Assembly: GCA_963791725.1 (NCBI GenBank)
Contig: CAWBTQ010000006.1
Coordinates: forward strand, 111,519 to 175,518
Reading direction: 5' to 3'
Origin: an uncultured Chloroflexia bacterium
GTDB taxonomy: Bacteria > Chloroflexota > Limnocylindria > Limnocylindrales > CSP1-4
Length of the DNA stretch: 64,000 nucleotides
Shown one piece after another: positions 21,707 through 36,691 of the stretch. The stretch's first letter is position 1, and the number at the start of each line of letters is the position of its first letter. The notes under the pieces are model-generated. The model did no database searches, was not told where the DNA came from, and saw only the letters and a program-made list of their open reading frames with translations. Position numbers and translations under genes: made by a program.

Positions 21707-22318
21707 TCAGCCACCCACGGCAGGCTTGCGGTTGGTGATCGTAGCGCCCACCGGCCTGGCCGGTGCGGACGTGCCGGTGATCGGCGGCGCAGGAGCCACG
21801 ACCGCGTCTGGGGCGGCGACCGGTCGCTCGACCGTCACCGGTCGCTCGAAGTCTTTGCCGCACCAGGCACAGAGCGTCCAGTCCAGGCCCACCAGGCGCT
21901 CACAGTTCGGGCAGACGCGGTTGAGTCGCGCCCGGCACCACGGGCAGATGATCCATTCTTCGTTGACGCGTCGGTCGCAGCTGCGGCAGGTCTTCACCGC
22001 CTCCACTTCCGCCAGGAGCGCCTCTTCGGCGAGGTTGCGCTCGTACACCTCGCCCAGTCGCTCCGCCGGTCGGATGACGCGGTACACGACGACGCCAAGG
22101 ATGAAGAGGAACGGAGTAGGCAGCAGGATCAGGGCGGCCGCGACGTAGGGCAGGGCCGGGTTCTCGGTGCGGTCGTGCATGTCCCGGAAGGCCCAGTACG
22201 CGGCGGCCAGCCACACGATGAACAGGTACAGCACGATCGAATACAGGATTAGCTGAACCATCGCGCTCGCGAAGAACGAGTTGACGGCGTTTCCTAGCTG
22301 TCCTGTGAGGTCCGACAT
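21707..22318 (-). CDS. Membrane protein with a double zinc ribbon
   Basis: Two N-terminal TMs (PLDc_N-like), then CRSC..CPWC..CPNC..CAWC. Confidence 0.88.
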   Translation of the reverse strand: MSDLTGQLGNAVNSFFASAMVQLILYSIVLYLFIVWLAAAYWAFRDMHDRTENPALPYVAAALILLPTPFLFILGVVVYRVIRPAERLGEVYERNLAEEALLAEVEAVKTCRSCDRRVNEEWIICPWCRARLNRVCPNCERLVGLDWTLCAWCGKDFERPVTVERPVAAPDAVVAPAPPITGTSAPARPVGATITNRKPAVGG

Positions 22319-22527
22319 CTACCTTGGTTCTCTCTTGTCTGCGCTCTCTCGAGGCGTTCTCCGTCGCTTCGAAAGGCGCTTGGCAGTGTATCAGGCGGGG
22401 TTGGGCTATTGCCGATGATCGACTCGCTGAGACGACTCCATCGCCCGCTTGGTGACGATCGGGCCGGTCGGCGCCGACCCCCAGGCGAAACGCCCGGACA
22501 GAAGGCTTGATCAGGCGGCCACGGGCC

Positions 22528-23676
22528 TCAATTGTGCTTTTCTAGTGCGTCGGGAGAGGCGAAGAGCGAGACGACGGCGCCGGCGATCGCCAGGCAGGCT
22601 CCGATGAACAGCGCGTCCAACCCCGACCCGTAACCCGACGGTAGCGTGAGATACAGGAGGAAGACTCCCAGATACAAGCCTCCCAGGATCATCGGCAAGA
22701 CGACGTCGGTGACGCGACCGAGTACGCCGGCCAATCTCGGTAGCCGCTCGAGGAGACGATCTTTACCCGCAAGGGCCCCGAGGGCGATCCCACTGAGCAG
22801 AAGGAGTGGAATGCCGGCAGGCATGCCCCAGCCCCATTGGTTGGCCGGCGGCGCCGCGTTCGCCGTCGCGTAGTTGCCGATGCCGATGCCACCGCCATTT
22901 GCCCACGGCAGAAACAGGCTGGCCACCCCGATGAGCGCGCCCGCCGCGACCAGGCCGAATGCAACGAGCTCCGCCGTCGACTCCTTGCCGGTCGGCTTCG
23001 CCGCCGGCGCCGACGCTGGCGCAGACGCGAGCGACGGAGGAGATGGCGGCGTCGGCACGGCCGGAGCTGGGATATCGCCCGGCTCGGGATGCACCGCCGG
23101 CGCAGCCAGAGGGGCATCGCTCGCGGCTTCGACCGGCTCTGCCGTGTCGACGTGGTCAGTCGCGGGCGGCGCGGGGCGGAGCGACGCGGGAGTGGCCCCG
23201 ACCGAAACGCTCAGTCCCGGCCCTGGCTCATCGCCTCCAGGACTCCTGCGCGACGGCTGCAGCGCCCAGGGTGGGGGGTCGCTCCCGGCTGATGGCGGGA
23301 CGTAACCGCCGGGAGTGCGGGCGGGAGACGCCTCCTCGAACTCGGTCGCGGCGACCGGCTCGGGCTCCGGCGTCGAGGTGGGCTCTGGCGGCGCCGCGGG
23401 CTGCGGCGAGGTGGGCCCTGGGGGCGCGGCGACCGGCGCGGGCTCTGGCAGCGCCGCGGGCTGCGGCGAGGTGGGCTCTGGGGGCGCGGCGACCGGCGCG
23501 GGCTCTGGCGGCGCGGGTGGCTGGGGCGCAGCGACCGGCTCGGGCTCTGGCGCCGCCGCGACCGGCGCGGAAGTCGAGCTGTCCGATACAGGTGCGCCGC
23601 ACGACGCGCAGAAGGACCAGCCCTCAACCAGCGGCGAGGAACACGTCCGGCACAGCGACAATTCAACCACGAGCAA
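22528..23676 (-). CDS. Zinc-ribbon membrane protein with a Pro-rich linker
   Basis: N-terminal CRTC...CASCG, Pro/Ala-rich linker, ~4 C-terminal TM helices. Confidence 0.8.
   Translation of the reverse strand: MLVVELSLCRTCSSPLVEGWSFCASCGAPVSDSSTSAPVAAAPEPEPVAAPQPPAPPEPAPVAAPPEPTSPQPAALPEPAPVAAPPGPTSPQPAAPPEPTSTPEPEPVAATEFEEASPARTPGGYVPPSAGSDPPPWALQPSRRSPGGDEPGPGLSVSVGATPASLRPAPPATDHVDTAEPVEAASDAPLAAPAVHPEPGDIPAPAVPTPPSPPSLASAPASAPAAKPTGKESTAELVAFGLVAAGALIGVASLFLPWANGGGIGIGNYATANAAPPANQWGWGMPAGIPLLLLSGIALGALAGKDRLLERLPRLAGVLGRVTDVVLPMILGGLYLGVFLLYLTLPSGYGSGLDALFIGACLAIAGAVVSLFASPDALEKHN
23350..23570 (-). repeat. Imperfect tandem repeat with a ~60-bp period (PEPAPVAAPP/PTSPQPAA)
   Basis: Near-identical 60-mers starting gcgggctgcggcgaggtggg at ~23396 and ~23456. 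Confidence 0.85.
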
Positions 23677-23710
23677 TCCTCCGCCTATACGGCCGACACC
23701 GCTCGGTCAT

Positions 23711-24817
23711 TTACCGTCGAGGTTCCCCGGGGAGTGGTCCAAGAGTCAACCCCCCGATCTCCGATGGCGCATCCGATAGTCCCGACGAGTCCGTCTCGGA
23801 GGTCGCGACCACCCCGCCTTCCGCGTCGGACGTCTCAAGAGTAAACGCGGCGCTTCGCCACGCCGACGCGATCCCGGACAGCGCCGCGGCCGCGACCCAG
23901 ACCACGGCCAGAACGACCGCCGTCAGGATGAAGACCGCGGGCCTGAAGTCGCGGGTGGTGCTGAGCGAGCCGGCGCCGATGGTTATCGCGATCGGGGCCT
24001 GGTTGCGCGCGGCGACCAGGCACCAGTCGAAGGCGGTGGCCGTGGCCGCGATCGCGAGTCCGGTCGCCACGAGACTCGCTCCATACGACAGAACCACCGT
24101 CAATGCCGATGACAGCGGCCGGCGTCCGAGTTGGGCGAGCGCGCCGCCGATCGAGCGCCAGACGCCTCGATCGAGAAGGACGAGGCGTCTCACCGCAATT
24201 CCGGCGACGACTTCCGAGGCGAGCCACGCCAGGCCGACTACAAGCACCGCGTCCGCCGCGCTCTCGACGACTCTCACCGCCAGTGGTGTGGCCAGGTTCG
24301 TCGGGGTAGTCAGTTCGTTGTACGCGGCGTCATAGAGTCGGGAGCTCGCCCACGCGATCGCGGCCGCGAGCGGCAGCATGCATACAGCCCGTATCGCGGC
24401 CATGTCCAGGAGGACTCGGAGGTCGGGCAGCTCTCGCGGCTCGCCCATGGATCGTTCATGCGGATCAAGTGTGACCTCGATGAGCCAGACGTCGACGAGC
24501 GATCCGACAATCGCCGCCAGCATCAGCCATGCCGCTGCGACGACTGAGCCGATCGCGACGATCTCGAACAGCCAGGCGGTCGGCCGGCCATCGATCCCAA
24601 AGGCGTTGACCCCGATCGCGCCGGCGATGCCTATGACCGAAGGCAGCACCGTGCTCGGAACCAGCAGCAGCACGATCCCGCCGCGCAGGAGGAACCCCGC
24701 GAGGGCGACGAGCATCGCGTCCCGATCGGTGCCAAGCGCCACCGCCCTGCGCATCCGCCCGGACCAGCCCGTTCTTGCGGGCGCTGGGTTAGCGGCCACG
24801 AGGCCCATGACGCCCAT
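23711..24817 (-). CDS. Uncharacterised multi-pass membrane protein
   Basis: 368-aa hydrophobic ORF that starts 11 bp after the UPF0182 stop. Confidence 0.7.
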   Translation of the reverse strand: MGVMGLVAANPAPARTGWSGRMRRAVALGTDRDAMLVALAGFLLRGGIVLLLVPSTVLPSVIGIAGAIGVNAFGIDGRPTAWLFEIVAIGSVVAAAWLMLAAIVGSLVDVWLIEVTLDPHERSMGEPRELPDLRVLLDMAAIRAVCMLPLAAAIAWASSRLYDAAYNELTTPTNLATPLAVRVVESAADAVLVVGLAWLASEVVAGIAVRRLVLLDRGVWRSIGGALAQLGRRPLSSALTVVLSYGASLVATGLAIAATATAFDWCLVAARNQAPIAITIGAGSLSTTRDFRPAVFILTAVVLAVVWVAAAALSGIASAWRSAAFTLETSDAEGGVVATSETDSSGLSDAPSEIGGLTLGPLPGEPRR

Positions 24818-24827
24818 GAGCTCCCTG

Positions 24828-27800
24828 TTAAGGACCAGACGGTGCGGGTGTGCCCAGCACCTTCTCGAGCTGTGACAGGAGCTGGCCGACTGTGTTCATC
24901 TCCTGCTGATAGGTCGCCAGGTCGCCGTTGTGAAGAGCCGTCTGGGCGGCCTGGTAGTGTGCGTTGGCCTGTGCGATCAACTGCTGAGCGGTACCCGTCA
25001 GCGACACGCTCGGCAGCGCGCTCGGGGTCGGGCCAGCTGTCCCCGACGACCCCGGCGTGGCCGAGGCTCCGGGCGACGGCGAGCTTCCGGGCGTGCTGGC
25101 GCCCTGGCCGGCGTAGATCTGGTTCAGCGAGTCCTGCAGCGTGTTGCCCCAGACGATCTGAGTCTGGGTACCGACGATGACTTTCTGGAACACCGGGAGT
25201 CCGTTGCTCGACGCTTGCAGGTATACCGGTTCGATGTACATCAGCGAGTTCTGGAGTGGAATGACGAGCAGGTTGCCCAGGATGACCTTGCTGCCGACCT
25301 GACCCCACAGCGTGATCTGCTGGCTGATGTCCTTGTTCTGGGCTATCAGCGCCTCGATCTGCTGGGGTCCGAAGACATTCGAGGCGCGCGGGAAGTCGAA
25401 GATGCTTACGCCTCCGTATTTGGACGGGTCGTTGTGGGCGGCGACCCAGGCGATCATGTTCTGGCGGCCCTGAGGGACCATCGGCTGGAGAAGGACGAAC
25501 TCGGGGTTGGGCTGACCGGGAATTCGCATCTCGACGTAGTAGGCCTGCAAGCCGAGCTGCGTCGCGCCGTTGCCGGTAGTGTCGGCGCTCGGGGGTAGCT
25601 GCCAGACGTCGTTGTTCTGGTAGAAGACGCTCGGGTCGGTCACGTGGTACTTGGAGAACATGGACGTCTGAGCGTTGAAGATGTCTTCGGGGTAGCGCAG
25701 ATGACCGGGGTCGCTGGCGTCGCCGCGGATGTCGGCCGGCATATCGGAGAGCGGCTTGAACATACCGGGGAAGACGCCCTCCCAGGCTTGAATGATCGGG
25801 TCGGTCGGATCGGCGACGTAGAACGACATCGTGCCGTCGTAGGCGTTCATCACGACCTTGACGCTGTTCCGAACGTAGTTGAAGGGATCGCCGGCGAGGC
25901 CGTTGGCCCCCGTGTCGGTGCCCGCGTTGAACGTGTTCGCGTCTGGGAACGCGGCACTCGTCGTGTACGCGTCCTGGACGTAGTCGAGCTGGCCGCTCGA
26001 CGTCACGACCATGTACGGATCCTTGTCAAAGCGCAGGAACGGGGCTATCGCGTTGACGCGCTCACCGATGGAACGGTTGTACAGAAGCTGGCTGCTACCG
26101 GTTATCTGGCTGCTGATGACCATGTTGAGGTCGCCGAACTTGGCCCCGAATAGCAGGCGGGCCAGCGGTGTGTCGAGCTTGATGCCGGAGTTGCCGGTCC
26201 AGGTCGTGTACTGGTCCCCGCCCGTACCGCTGGCCGACGGGTAGTCGAATTCCTGGCTGGCGGCGTCGACGATCACGTAGCTGCTGGGCTGCGTGCCAAA
26301 GTAGATCTGCGGCTGTGTGACCTTGGGCACGCCGGCAACGGAGACCGGCGGGAAATCGCTGATAAGCAGGTTCGGCTGGCCGCTCTGGGCGACCTCGTTG
26401 ACCGGGACCATGACCAGGCCGTAACCATGCGTATACGTGATGTGCTGGTTGACCCAGCTCTGGTCGCCCTGGGTCAATTGGGCCAGCTGGCCCGGATCGA
26501 GCTCGCGGCCGGCCAGCATCACCTGCCTCACGCAGGGCGGCGCCGACGGTGCGCAACTGGCCGCGTCGGTGAAGACGTATCGATCGGTCGCGACGCTCGG
26601 GAACTTGTAGTACTGCCGAAGAACCTGGAGCCCGTCGAGGGTCGTCCCGAGCGGGCTCGATATCCCACAGCCGGACGTTCTGGATGGTCGCGGACTCGGC
26701 CTGCACCGCCGCCTGGGTGAAGCTCGGTTCGGGCGTGTACTGGGTCGTATTGGCCGTCCAGGTCGTCAGGTCGAACCCGAGCCGGGTCATGGCGATGTTG
26801 TTGACGATGTAGGGCGCTTCCTGGGCCTGCTGGTTTGGCTCGACTGAGAAGCGCTGGACCAGCTGCGGGTAGCCGACGTCGAGGACGAAGTACGCGCCGA
26901 TCCAGAAGACCAGCGTCAGAGCCAGGGGCGTTCGCCAGCGGGTGAACGTGAAGGCCAGGACGAAGCAGCCGATGAAGGCCGTCAGCACGGTCATGACGTT
27001 GATGGCGAGCATCTTGGCGTTGAAGTCCGAGTAGCTGACACCCTGGAAGATGCCGCTCGTGTTGCTGTAGACAAGCTCGTAGCGGTCGAGCTGATAGCCG
27101 ATGGCGATGGACCACAGATACAGTGCCGCCAGGAGCCCGAGGTGGACGCGCGCCGCCGTGGGCATCGGGGCGCCCGAGACGACGGCCACGAGGTACCGAA
27201 TGCCGGCCAGGGCCAGGCTCAGCAGCAGGACGACGTTCGCGTACGACTGGACCAGCCGATAGAACGGCAGCTCGAACATGAAGAAGCTGATGTCCTTGCC
27301 GAAGGTCGGGTCGACCTGGCCGAACGCCACGCGGTGCATGAACAGCTGGATCGTGTTCCAGCCCCCGAGGGCCAGGCCGCCCATGCCCAAGGCCACCAGC
27401 AGCGAGATGCCCAGGAGGCTCCAGAAGACCGGACGCCCCACGTCGGGCACCTGGATGGGCTCGCCCCTGACGGTGCGAGCCGGCGGGGTCCCGAACTGCC
27501 CGCCACCGAAGCTGCCCCCGCCCATGTAGCGGTCGATGCTGAGCCGGTCGAGAAGATCGTCGAGCGAGAAGCGTCGCAGCTGTCCCTTCGGAATGAGCCT
27601 CCCGGCGAGCCAGAGGTTGAACCAGAGGGCCACGAAGGCGATGGCCGCACCGACCACGAAGAACAGGACCTGAGAGCCGACGCGGGTCCAGAAGACGTTG
27701 CCGAAGCCCACGCTCTGGAACCAGATCGCGTCCGTCGCGAACCCGACGGTCATCGCAAACACCGAAAGGAGGACGACGATCAGCAGGGCGATCGCGCCCA

Positions 27801-28128
27801 ACACCATCCAGCCGCGACCTATATGGATCTCGGGAAACTCGCCGTCGGTCGGGCCGCCCACGTACCGCCGCCGGCCACCGCCGAAACCCCCACCGCCGAA
27901 ACCGCCCCGCCGGAAGATAGGGCTGGGCCCCTTATCTTCGTCGTCGTGTTCGGTGTCGCCAGAGTCGGGTCCGGCTGAGCTCATCGTCTCGTCCTCCTGA
28001 GGTCCCTCGTCTGACGGGCCCGCGTCGGCAGCGTCGTCCGAGCCGCTCTTGGGTCGTCCGTCACGGGCTGCGGCCTCGGCCTGCCGCCGGCGCAGCTCCT
28101 CCATGAAGTCGTCGAACATGTTCTTCAC
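24828..28128 (-). CDS. UPF0182 family membrane protein (frameshift at ~26655)
   Basis: TDAIWFQSVGFGNVFWT, DPTFGKDISFFMFELPF, NVRLWD, YTHGYG, LRYPEDIF, LLVIP, YIEPVYLQA. Confidence 0.93.
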
Positions 28129-28201
28129 ACCCGGAGTCTAGCGACCTGAGTCGATTGGGGACGAATCCACTGCTCCTGGATGGCCCGGCCGTTCGATCGC
28201 C

Positions 28202-28663
28202 TCAGTACGAGAGCCGCAGCAACGCGTCGCGGAAGGCGCGCAGCACGGTCTGGGCAAGCTCGGAGTCGCGCATGGCCAGCTGGCGCGCCGGCTCGAAGCG
28301 GAACCCGGCGATGACGGCGAGCGGCGCGTCCCACGGTCGCTCGTCATCCTCGGGCGGCTGGCCGAGGCGCAGCCGCAACTGCTGGCGGCCGCCTTCCTCC
28401 ATGATCAGCCCCGAGAGAGTGCCCGACAGACCCGGGCCAAGGCGAAGCAGCGGCGAGCCGGGAGGCGTGCCGTAAGTCGGGGCGAGATCGTTGAAGTTCA
28501 ACATCGAGCCGTCCTGCTCGCACCACAGCAACGTCACCCACCATCCGTCGGCCAGGGTCTGCGGTTGCGTCATGCCGACGCGCCGGCCGTCCCCCGGTCG
28601 CAGCTCGATCGCGCGCAGGAACGACGGGCCCGGTGACGGGAGACGGGAAGTTGGCTCGGCCAT
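28202..28663 (-). CDS. Hypothetical protein
   Basis: 153-aa ORF with globular-looking composition, co-oriented with its neighbours; no motif recognised. Confidence 0.65.
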   Translation of the reverse strand: MAEPTSRLPSPGPSFLRAIELRPGDGRRVGMTQPQTLADGWWVTLLWCEQDGSMLNFNDLAPTYGTPPGSPLLRLGPGLSGTLSGLIMEEGGRQQLRLRLGQPPEDDERPWDAPLAVIAGFRFEPARQLAMRDSELAQTVLRAFRDALLRLSY

Positions 28664-28768
28664 GCCTCGGAGGATAAGCGGTAGCAGCGCAGGGCGCCGC
28701 GGGCCGGATCGCCTGGCGGCGGGTCGCGACGGCGTTCGAGGATGCGACAGGCTCCGGCGACCCGGTGC

Positions 28769-29923
28769 CTAAGAAGGCGGTTCGGCTGAGTCTCCGTCCC
28801 CTGGAGGCGCGACGACATCGACGCTCGGTGCGGCGTCTTCCGTAACGGCGCCGTCACCGCCGGGTGCGGCCGGCTCCGCCGGCTCTGCGGACGGCGCAAG
28901 GCTGGCGGCGATTTCGGCGTCCAGGCGGGCCATCTCGGCCTTCAATTCGGGTGTGGGCGGCCTCAGAGCCGAGGCGTCGCTAGGAGGCGGCGCGTTCCGG
29001 ATCGGGGGAATCGCGTCGTCGCTGAAGAGGATCGTGAGCAGGCTCTGCTTCCGCTTCTTAGTGCCGGCCGTCTCGGCATAGCGCCGCAGGTCGGAGGGCA
29101 CTTCGGTGAGGCCGGGGATGGGCGCCGCGTCCGCCGCGCCCGTATCCAGGGAGGCGTGGCAGTTCGGGCATTCGGTCGCCGCCGCCGGGATCTCGCTCGA
29201 ACACCATGGGCAGGCTCGCCGCTCTTCCGACCCCCGCGGTGAAGCCGGCGGGGTCGGTCGCTGCACTTCAGCATCCGGTCCCGCGCCCGTGCCGGCCGTG
29301 CCCGCTGCACCGAGTGGCTCTGGCGAAGCGGGGGAGTCCGGCGCCGCTGTCGCACCGGGCGCCGCTGCCGCACCAGGCGCCGCTGCCGCACCAGGCGCCG
29401 AGATCGCCGGGCTCGGACCTTCCGGGGTTGCGGGCGCTGCCGGGTTGCCGGCAGGCTCCGGGTCGGAAGCCATGCTCCGAGCCGGGGTTTCGCCGGCGGA
29501 TTCGGAAAGGGCGATTTCACGAGGGACGAGCTCGCCACCGATCCACAGCGCGGCAGCGCCGGCGATCAGCGGCAAGCCGAAAGCGCGACCAAGAGCGTCG
29601 GGGGCGAGCACCAGCCCCGCCACCGCCATGCCCGCGGCGAGGAACCTGAGATTGGGCTGCGGATCCGGCTCGAGCATCCAGGTCCGCAGCGCCGCCGCCG
29701 CGAGAACGGCTGCCACGAGGTAGACGGTCAGGATGGCCGCGGCGTTGACGCCGTAAACGTTGACCGGCGGCGTCTCGCCCGCGGCGACGGCGAGCCCAAA
29801 GTATTGCGAAACCACGATTCCGGCCACAGCCCCGACCAGAATGGTGGCCCAGCCAACGATCACGGCGAATGCTCCCAGGACCCGCTGCACGTAATTCGCT
29901 CCCGGCCGATCTGCCGCGGTCAT
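28769..29923 (-). CDS. Membrane protein with a C-terminal zinc ribbon
   Basis: ATG at 29923 overlaps the guaA stop (ATGA); ~4 N-terminal TMs, Pro/Ala linker, CPWC...CPNC. Confidence 0.78.
   Translation of the reverse strand: MTAADRPGANYVQRVLGAFAVIVGWATILVGAVAGIVVSQYFGLAVAAGETPPVNVYGVNAAAILTVYLVAAVLAAAALRTWMLEPDPQPNLRFLAAGMAVAGLVLAPDALGRAFGLPLIAGAAALWIGGELVPREIALSESAGETPARSMASDPEPAGNPAAPATPEGPSPAISAPGAAAAPGAAAAPGATAAPDSPASPEPLGAAGTAGTGAGPDAEVQRPTPPASPRGSEERRACPWCSSEIPAAATECPNCHASLDTGAADAAPIPGLTEVPSDLRRYAETAGTKKRKQSLLTILFSDDAIPPIRNAPPPSDASALRPPTPELKAEMARLDAEIAASLAPSAEPAEPAAPGGDGAVTEDAAPSVDVVAPPGDGDSAEPPS
29340..29400 (-). repeat. 18-bp tandem repeat x3 (PGAAAA)
   Basis: ggcgccgctg(t/c)cgcacc(g/a) repeated three times. 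Confidence 0.85.
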
Positions 29924-31528
29924 TCCCACTCGATAGTGGCGGGCGGCTTCGAGCTGATGTCGTAGACGACGCGGTTCACGCCAGGCACCTCGTTGACGAT
30001 GCGAGAGCTGATCCTGCCGAGAACCTCGTAGGGAAGCTTGGCCCAGTCGGCGGTCATCGCGTCCTCCGAGGTGACCGCCCGGATCGCCACGACGTTGGCG
30101 TAGGTCCTGCCGTCGCCCATGACACCCACCGATCGAACCGGCGTCAGGATGGCGAACGACTGCCACACGCTGCGATACAGGCCGGCCGCCTTGATCTCGT
30201 CGATCACGATCCAATCGGCCTCGCGGAGGATATCGAGCCGTTCGGGCGTCACCTCGCCGATTATGCGAATGGCCAACCCGGGGCCCGGAAACGGCTGGCG
30301 CAGGACCATCGAATCGGGCAGACCCAGCTCCGTTCCGACTGCGCGCACCTCGTCCTTGAACAGGTACCGCAGCGGCTCGATCAGCTCGAAGCGGAGGTCG
30401 TCGGGCAGGCCGCCTACGTTGTGGTGAGTCTTGATCTTGGCCGCGGACTTCTCCTTCGACGAGGTCGCGGACTCGATGACATCCGGGTAGAGCGTGCCCT
30501 GCGTGAGGAAATCGATCTGGCCGAGCTTCGAGGCTTCTTCCTCGAAGACGCGGATGAACTCGCCGCCGATGATGCGCCGCTTCTCCTCGGGATCGATGAC
30601 GCCCTGGAGTCTCCGCACGAATCTCTCCCGGGCATCGACCACGATGACCTTGACGCCAAGCTGCTCGAACGCCGTCTGCAGCAGCGCCGTCTCGTTCTTG
30701 CGCATCAGCCCGTGGTCGACGTGGACGCACGTGAGGCGGTCGCCGACGGCGCGATGGACGAGGGTCGCGGCCACGGCCGAATCCACTCCGCCCGACAGCG
30801 CGCATAGAACGCGCCCATCGGTGCCGCTCGCCCGGCTGTGCTCGTCGACGCGGCGCCGGATCTCCTCGACCGTGGAGGAGATGAAGTTGGCCGCGGTCCA
30901 CGTCTGGCGGGCGCCGGCGATGCCGACCACGAAGTTGCGCAGGATCTCGCGGCCCCTCAGGGTGTGGACGACCTCCGGGTGGAACTGGATGCCGTACATC
31001 GCCCGGGCGGTGTCGGCGACGGCGGCAAACGGGGTCGAGTCGGTGCTCGCCGGTCGGGACGAAGCCGTCCGGCAGGCGCTCGATCGAGTCGCCGTGACTC
31101 ATCCAGACCGGCTGCTCGGGCTCGAGGCCCGCGAATAATCCGTCGTGTGCCGTCACTGAGACGACGGCCGGCCCGAATTCCTTGCGCTCGAACGAGACGA
31201 CCTCGCCGCCGAGGGCCTGGGCCATCAGGTGCAGCCCGTAGCAGATCCCCAGGATCGGGACGCCGGCACTCCATAGGGCCGGATCGGGATGGGGCGAGCC
31301 GGGGTCGTAGACGCTCGACGGCCCCCCGGACAGGATCACGGCCCGCGGCTTGCGGGCGGCGATCTCGCTCCACGAGGTGTCGAACGGGAGCAACTCCGAA
31401 TAGACGTGGAGCTCGCGCACGCGGCGGGCGATGAGCCGGCTGTACTGGCTGCCGAAGTCGAGCACGATGACGGTGTCGACGTCCGCGCCGCCGGGCGCAT
31501 CGTCGACGCCCTTCGTCCGATTCTCCAC
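29920..31528 (-). CDS. guaA: GMP synthase (glutamine-hydrolysing; frameshift at ~31050)
   Basis: [70 protein letters not shown]. Confidence 0.97.
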
Positions 31529-31595
31529 TCGTCCGCCGATCAATCCCGACCTCCGCTGCTTGCCCGCGTCAAGTCTAGCGGGACGGGGTCGCGAG

Positions 31596-35372
<3,777 letters not shown>

Positions 35373-35527
35373 GGCCCTGCCTCCTTCTCCGCGAAGTGTA
35401 CCGAGCCGATCGAAAGGCGCCCGGCAGAGCCGAGCAGCGATCGCGGCCTGTCGGTCCGTTCCAAAGCCTCCAGGGTTGGCGCCCGCGCATCGCGCCTCGC
35501 TGGCTGAAGTGGGACCATGAACCCGCC

Positions 35528-36619
35528 ATGAAAGAAGCAGCCGGCATCGGCCGAACCCTGGATCCGGGCGGCCCGTCCGATCGAGTCTTCGACTGCGCGA
35601 TTGTCGGCGGCGGGCCGGCCGGCCTCTCGGCTGCCGTGAACCTGGCCCGGATGCGCCGCAGCGTCGTCGTCATCGACGATCGCGACGGGCGGTCTCTCTG
35701 GGGTCAGATCAATCGAAACTACCTGGGCTTCCCGGACGGCATCCCCGCGGCCGAGATACGGCTTGCGGGACGGCGCCAGGCGGCCCGTTACGGTGCCCGG
35801 TTCATGCTCGGGCAGGTGACTGCGGCGAATCGCGACGGCGACCTCTTCCGGCTGACGGTGGCTGGAAACGTAAACAGCGGCCCGACGGCGGACACGGCAG
35901 GAACGGATGCCAACGTGGCTCGCGACGAGGAGCTGGGCCGGTCGCTTGGCGAAATCCTCGTCCGCCGCGCTGACGAAGTCGTAGCTCGTTCGGTCGTCCT
36001 GGCGACCGGGGTCCGCGACCAATTCCCCAGGTTCGAGGGTCGGGACGAGTGCGTTGGCCGCAGCCTCTTCTGGTGCATCGTCTGCGACGGCTACGAGACG
36101 ATCGATCGTGCCGTGGGGGTGGTGGGCCACGACGAAGAGGCGGTCGAGATGGCTCTCGACCTGCTCGAGTTCACGGACCGGATCTCACTGGTTGCGGGTC
36201 GGGCAGAGGGCTTCAGCGTTCCCGAGGCGCGGCTGGCCGACCTCGCCGCGAACGCAATCGCCGCCTACAGCTGGCCGGTTGCTTCGTACCCCAACGAGGG
36301 CGGGCAGATACGCGAGCTCGCGCTCGGCGATCCGGCCGGGACTCGGATACCCGTCGAAATGGTATTCACCTCGCACACGCCAACCGCCCGAAATGAAATA
36401 GCCCGGCAACTCGGCGTCGAGTTGAACGCGCTGGGCCAGATCGTTGTAGATACGGAACAGCACACGAACGTGCACGGGCTGTACGCGGCCGGCGACGCGA
36501 CGAGCGTTCACGACCATCAAGTCAGCGCGGCCGTGCACGAAGGCAACCAGGCGGCCTGCGCCGCCAACTACTACCTCTACCGGCCGGTCCAGAAGGCGCC
36601 CGAGCAGGAGGAATGCTGA
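35528..36619 (+). CDS. NAD(P)/FAD-dependent oxidoreductase, thioredoxin-reductase-like
   Basis: [22 protein letters not shown], redox-active [15 protein letters not shown]. Confidence 0.9.
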   Translation: MKEAAGIGRTLDPGGPSDRVFDCAIVGGGPAGLSAAVNLARMRRSVVVIDDRDGRSLWGQINRNYLGFPDGIPAAEIRLAGRRQAARYGARFMLGQVTAANRDGDLFRLTVAGNVNSGPTADTAGTDANVARDEELGRSLGEILVRRADEVVARSVVLATGVRDQFPRFEGRDECVGRSLFWCIVCDGYETIDRAVGVVGHDEEAVEMALDLLEFTDRISLVAGRAEGFSVPEARLADLAANAIAAYSWPVASYPNEGGQIRELALGDPAGTRIPVEMVFTSHTPTARNEIARQLGVELNALGQIVVDTEQHTNVHGLYAAGDATSVHDHQVSAAVHEGNQAACAANYYLYRPVQKAPEQEEC

Positions 36620-36691
36620 CGGTTCGCGGTCGGCCCCCGATCCCTCTTTGGTTCTTCTGCGGCGCCGGGTTCGGGGCTCCCTCGGCCTAGC

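Noticed and set aside
35387-35527. SAM, SAH or cobalamin riboswitch upstream of metH; purine riboswitch upstream of guaA
   Set aside because: No consensus elements were recognised. The likely metH -10 sits just before the SD, and the guaA gap (31529-31595) is only ~67 bp.
35517-35531. 4-codon uORF MNPP* overlapping the oxidoreductase start
   Set aside because: Too short to distinguish from chance, and there is no SD.
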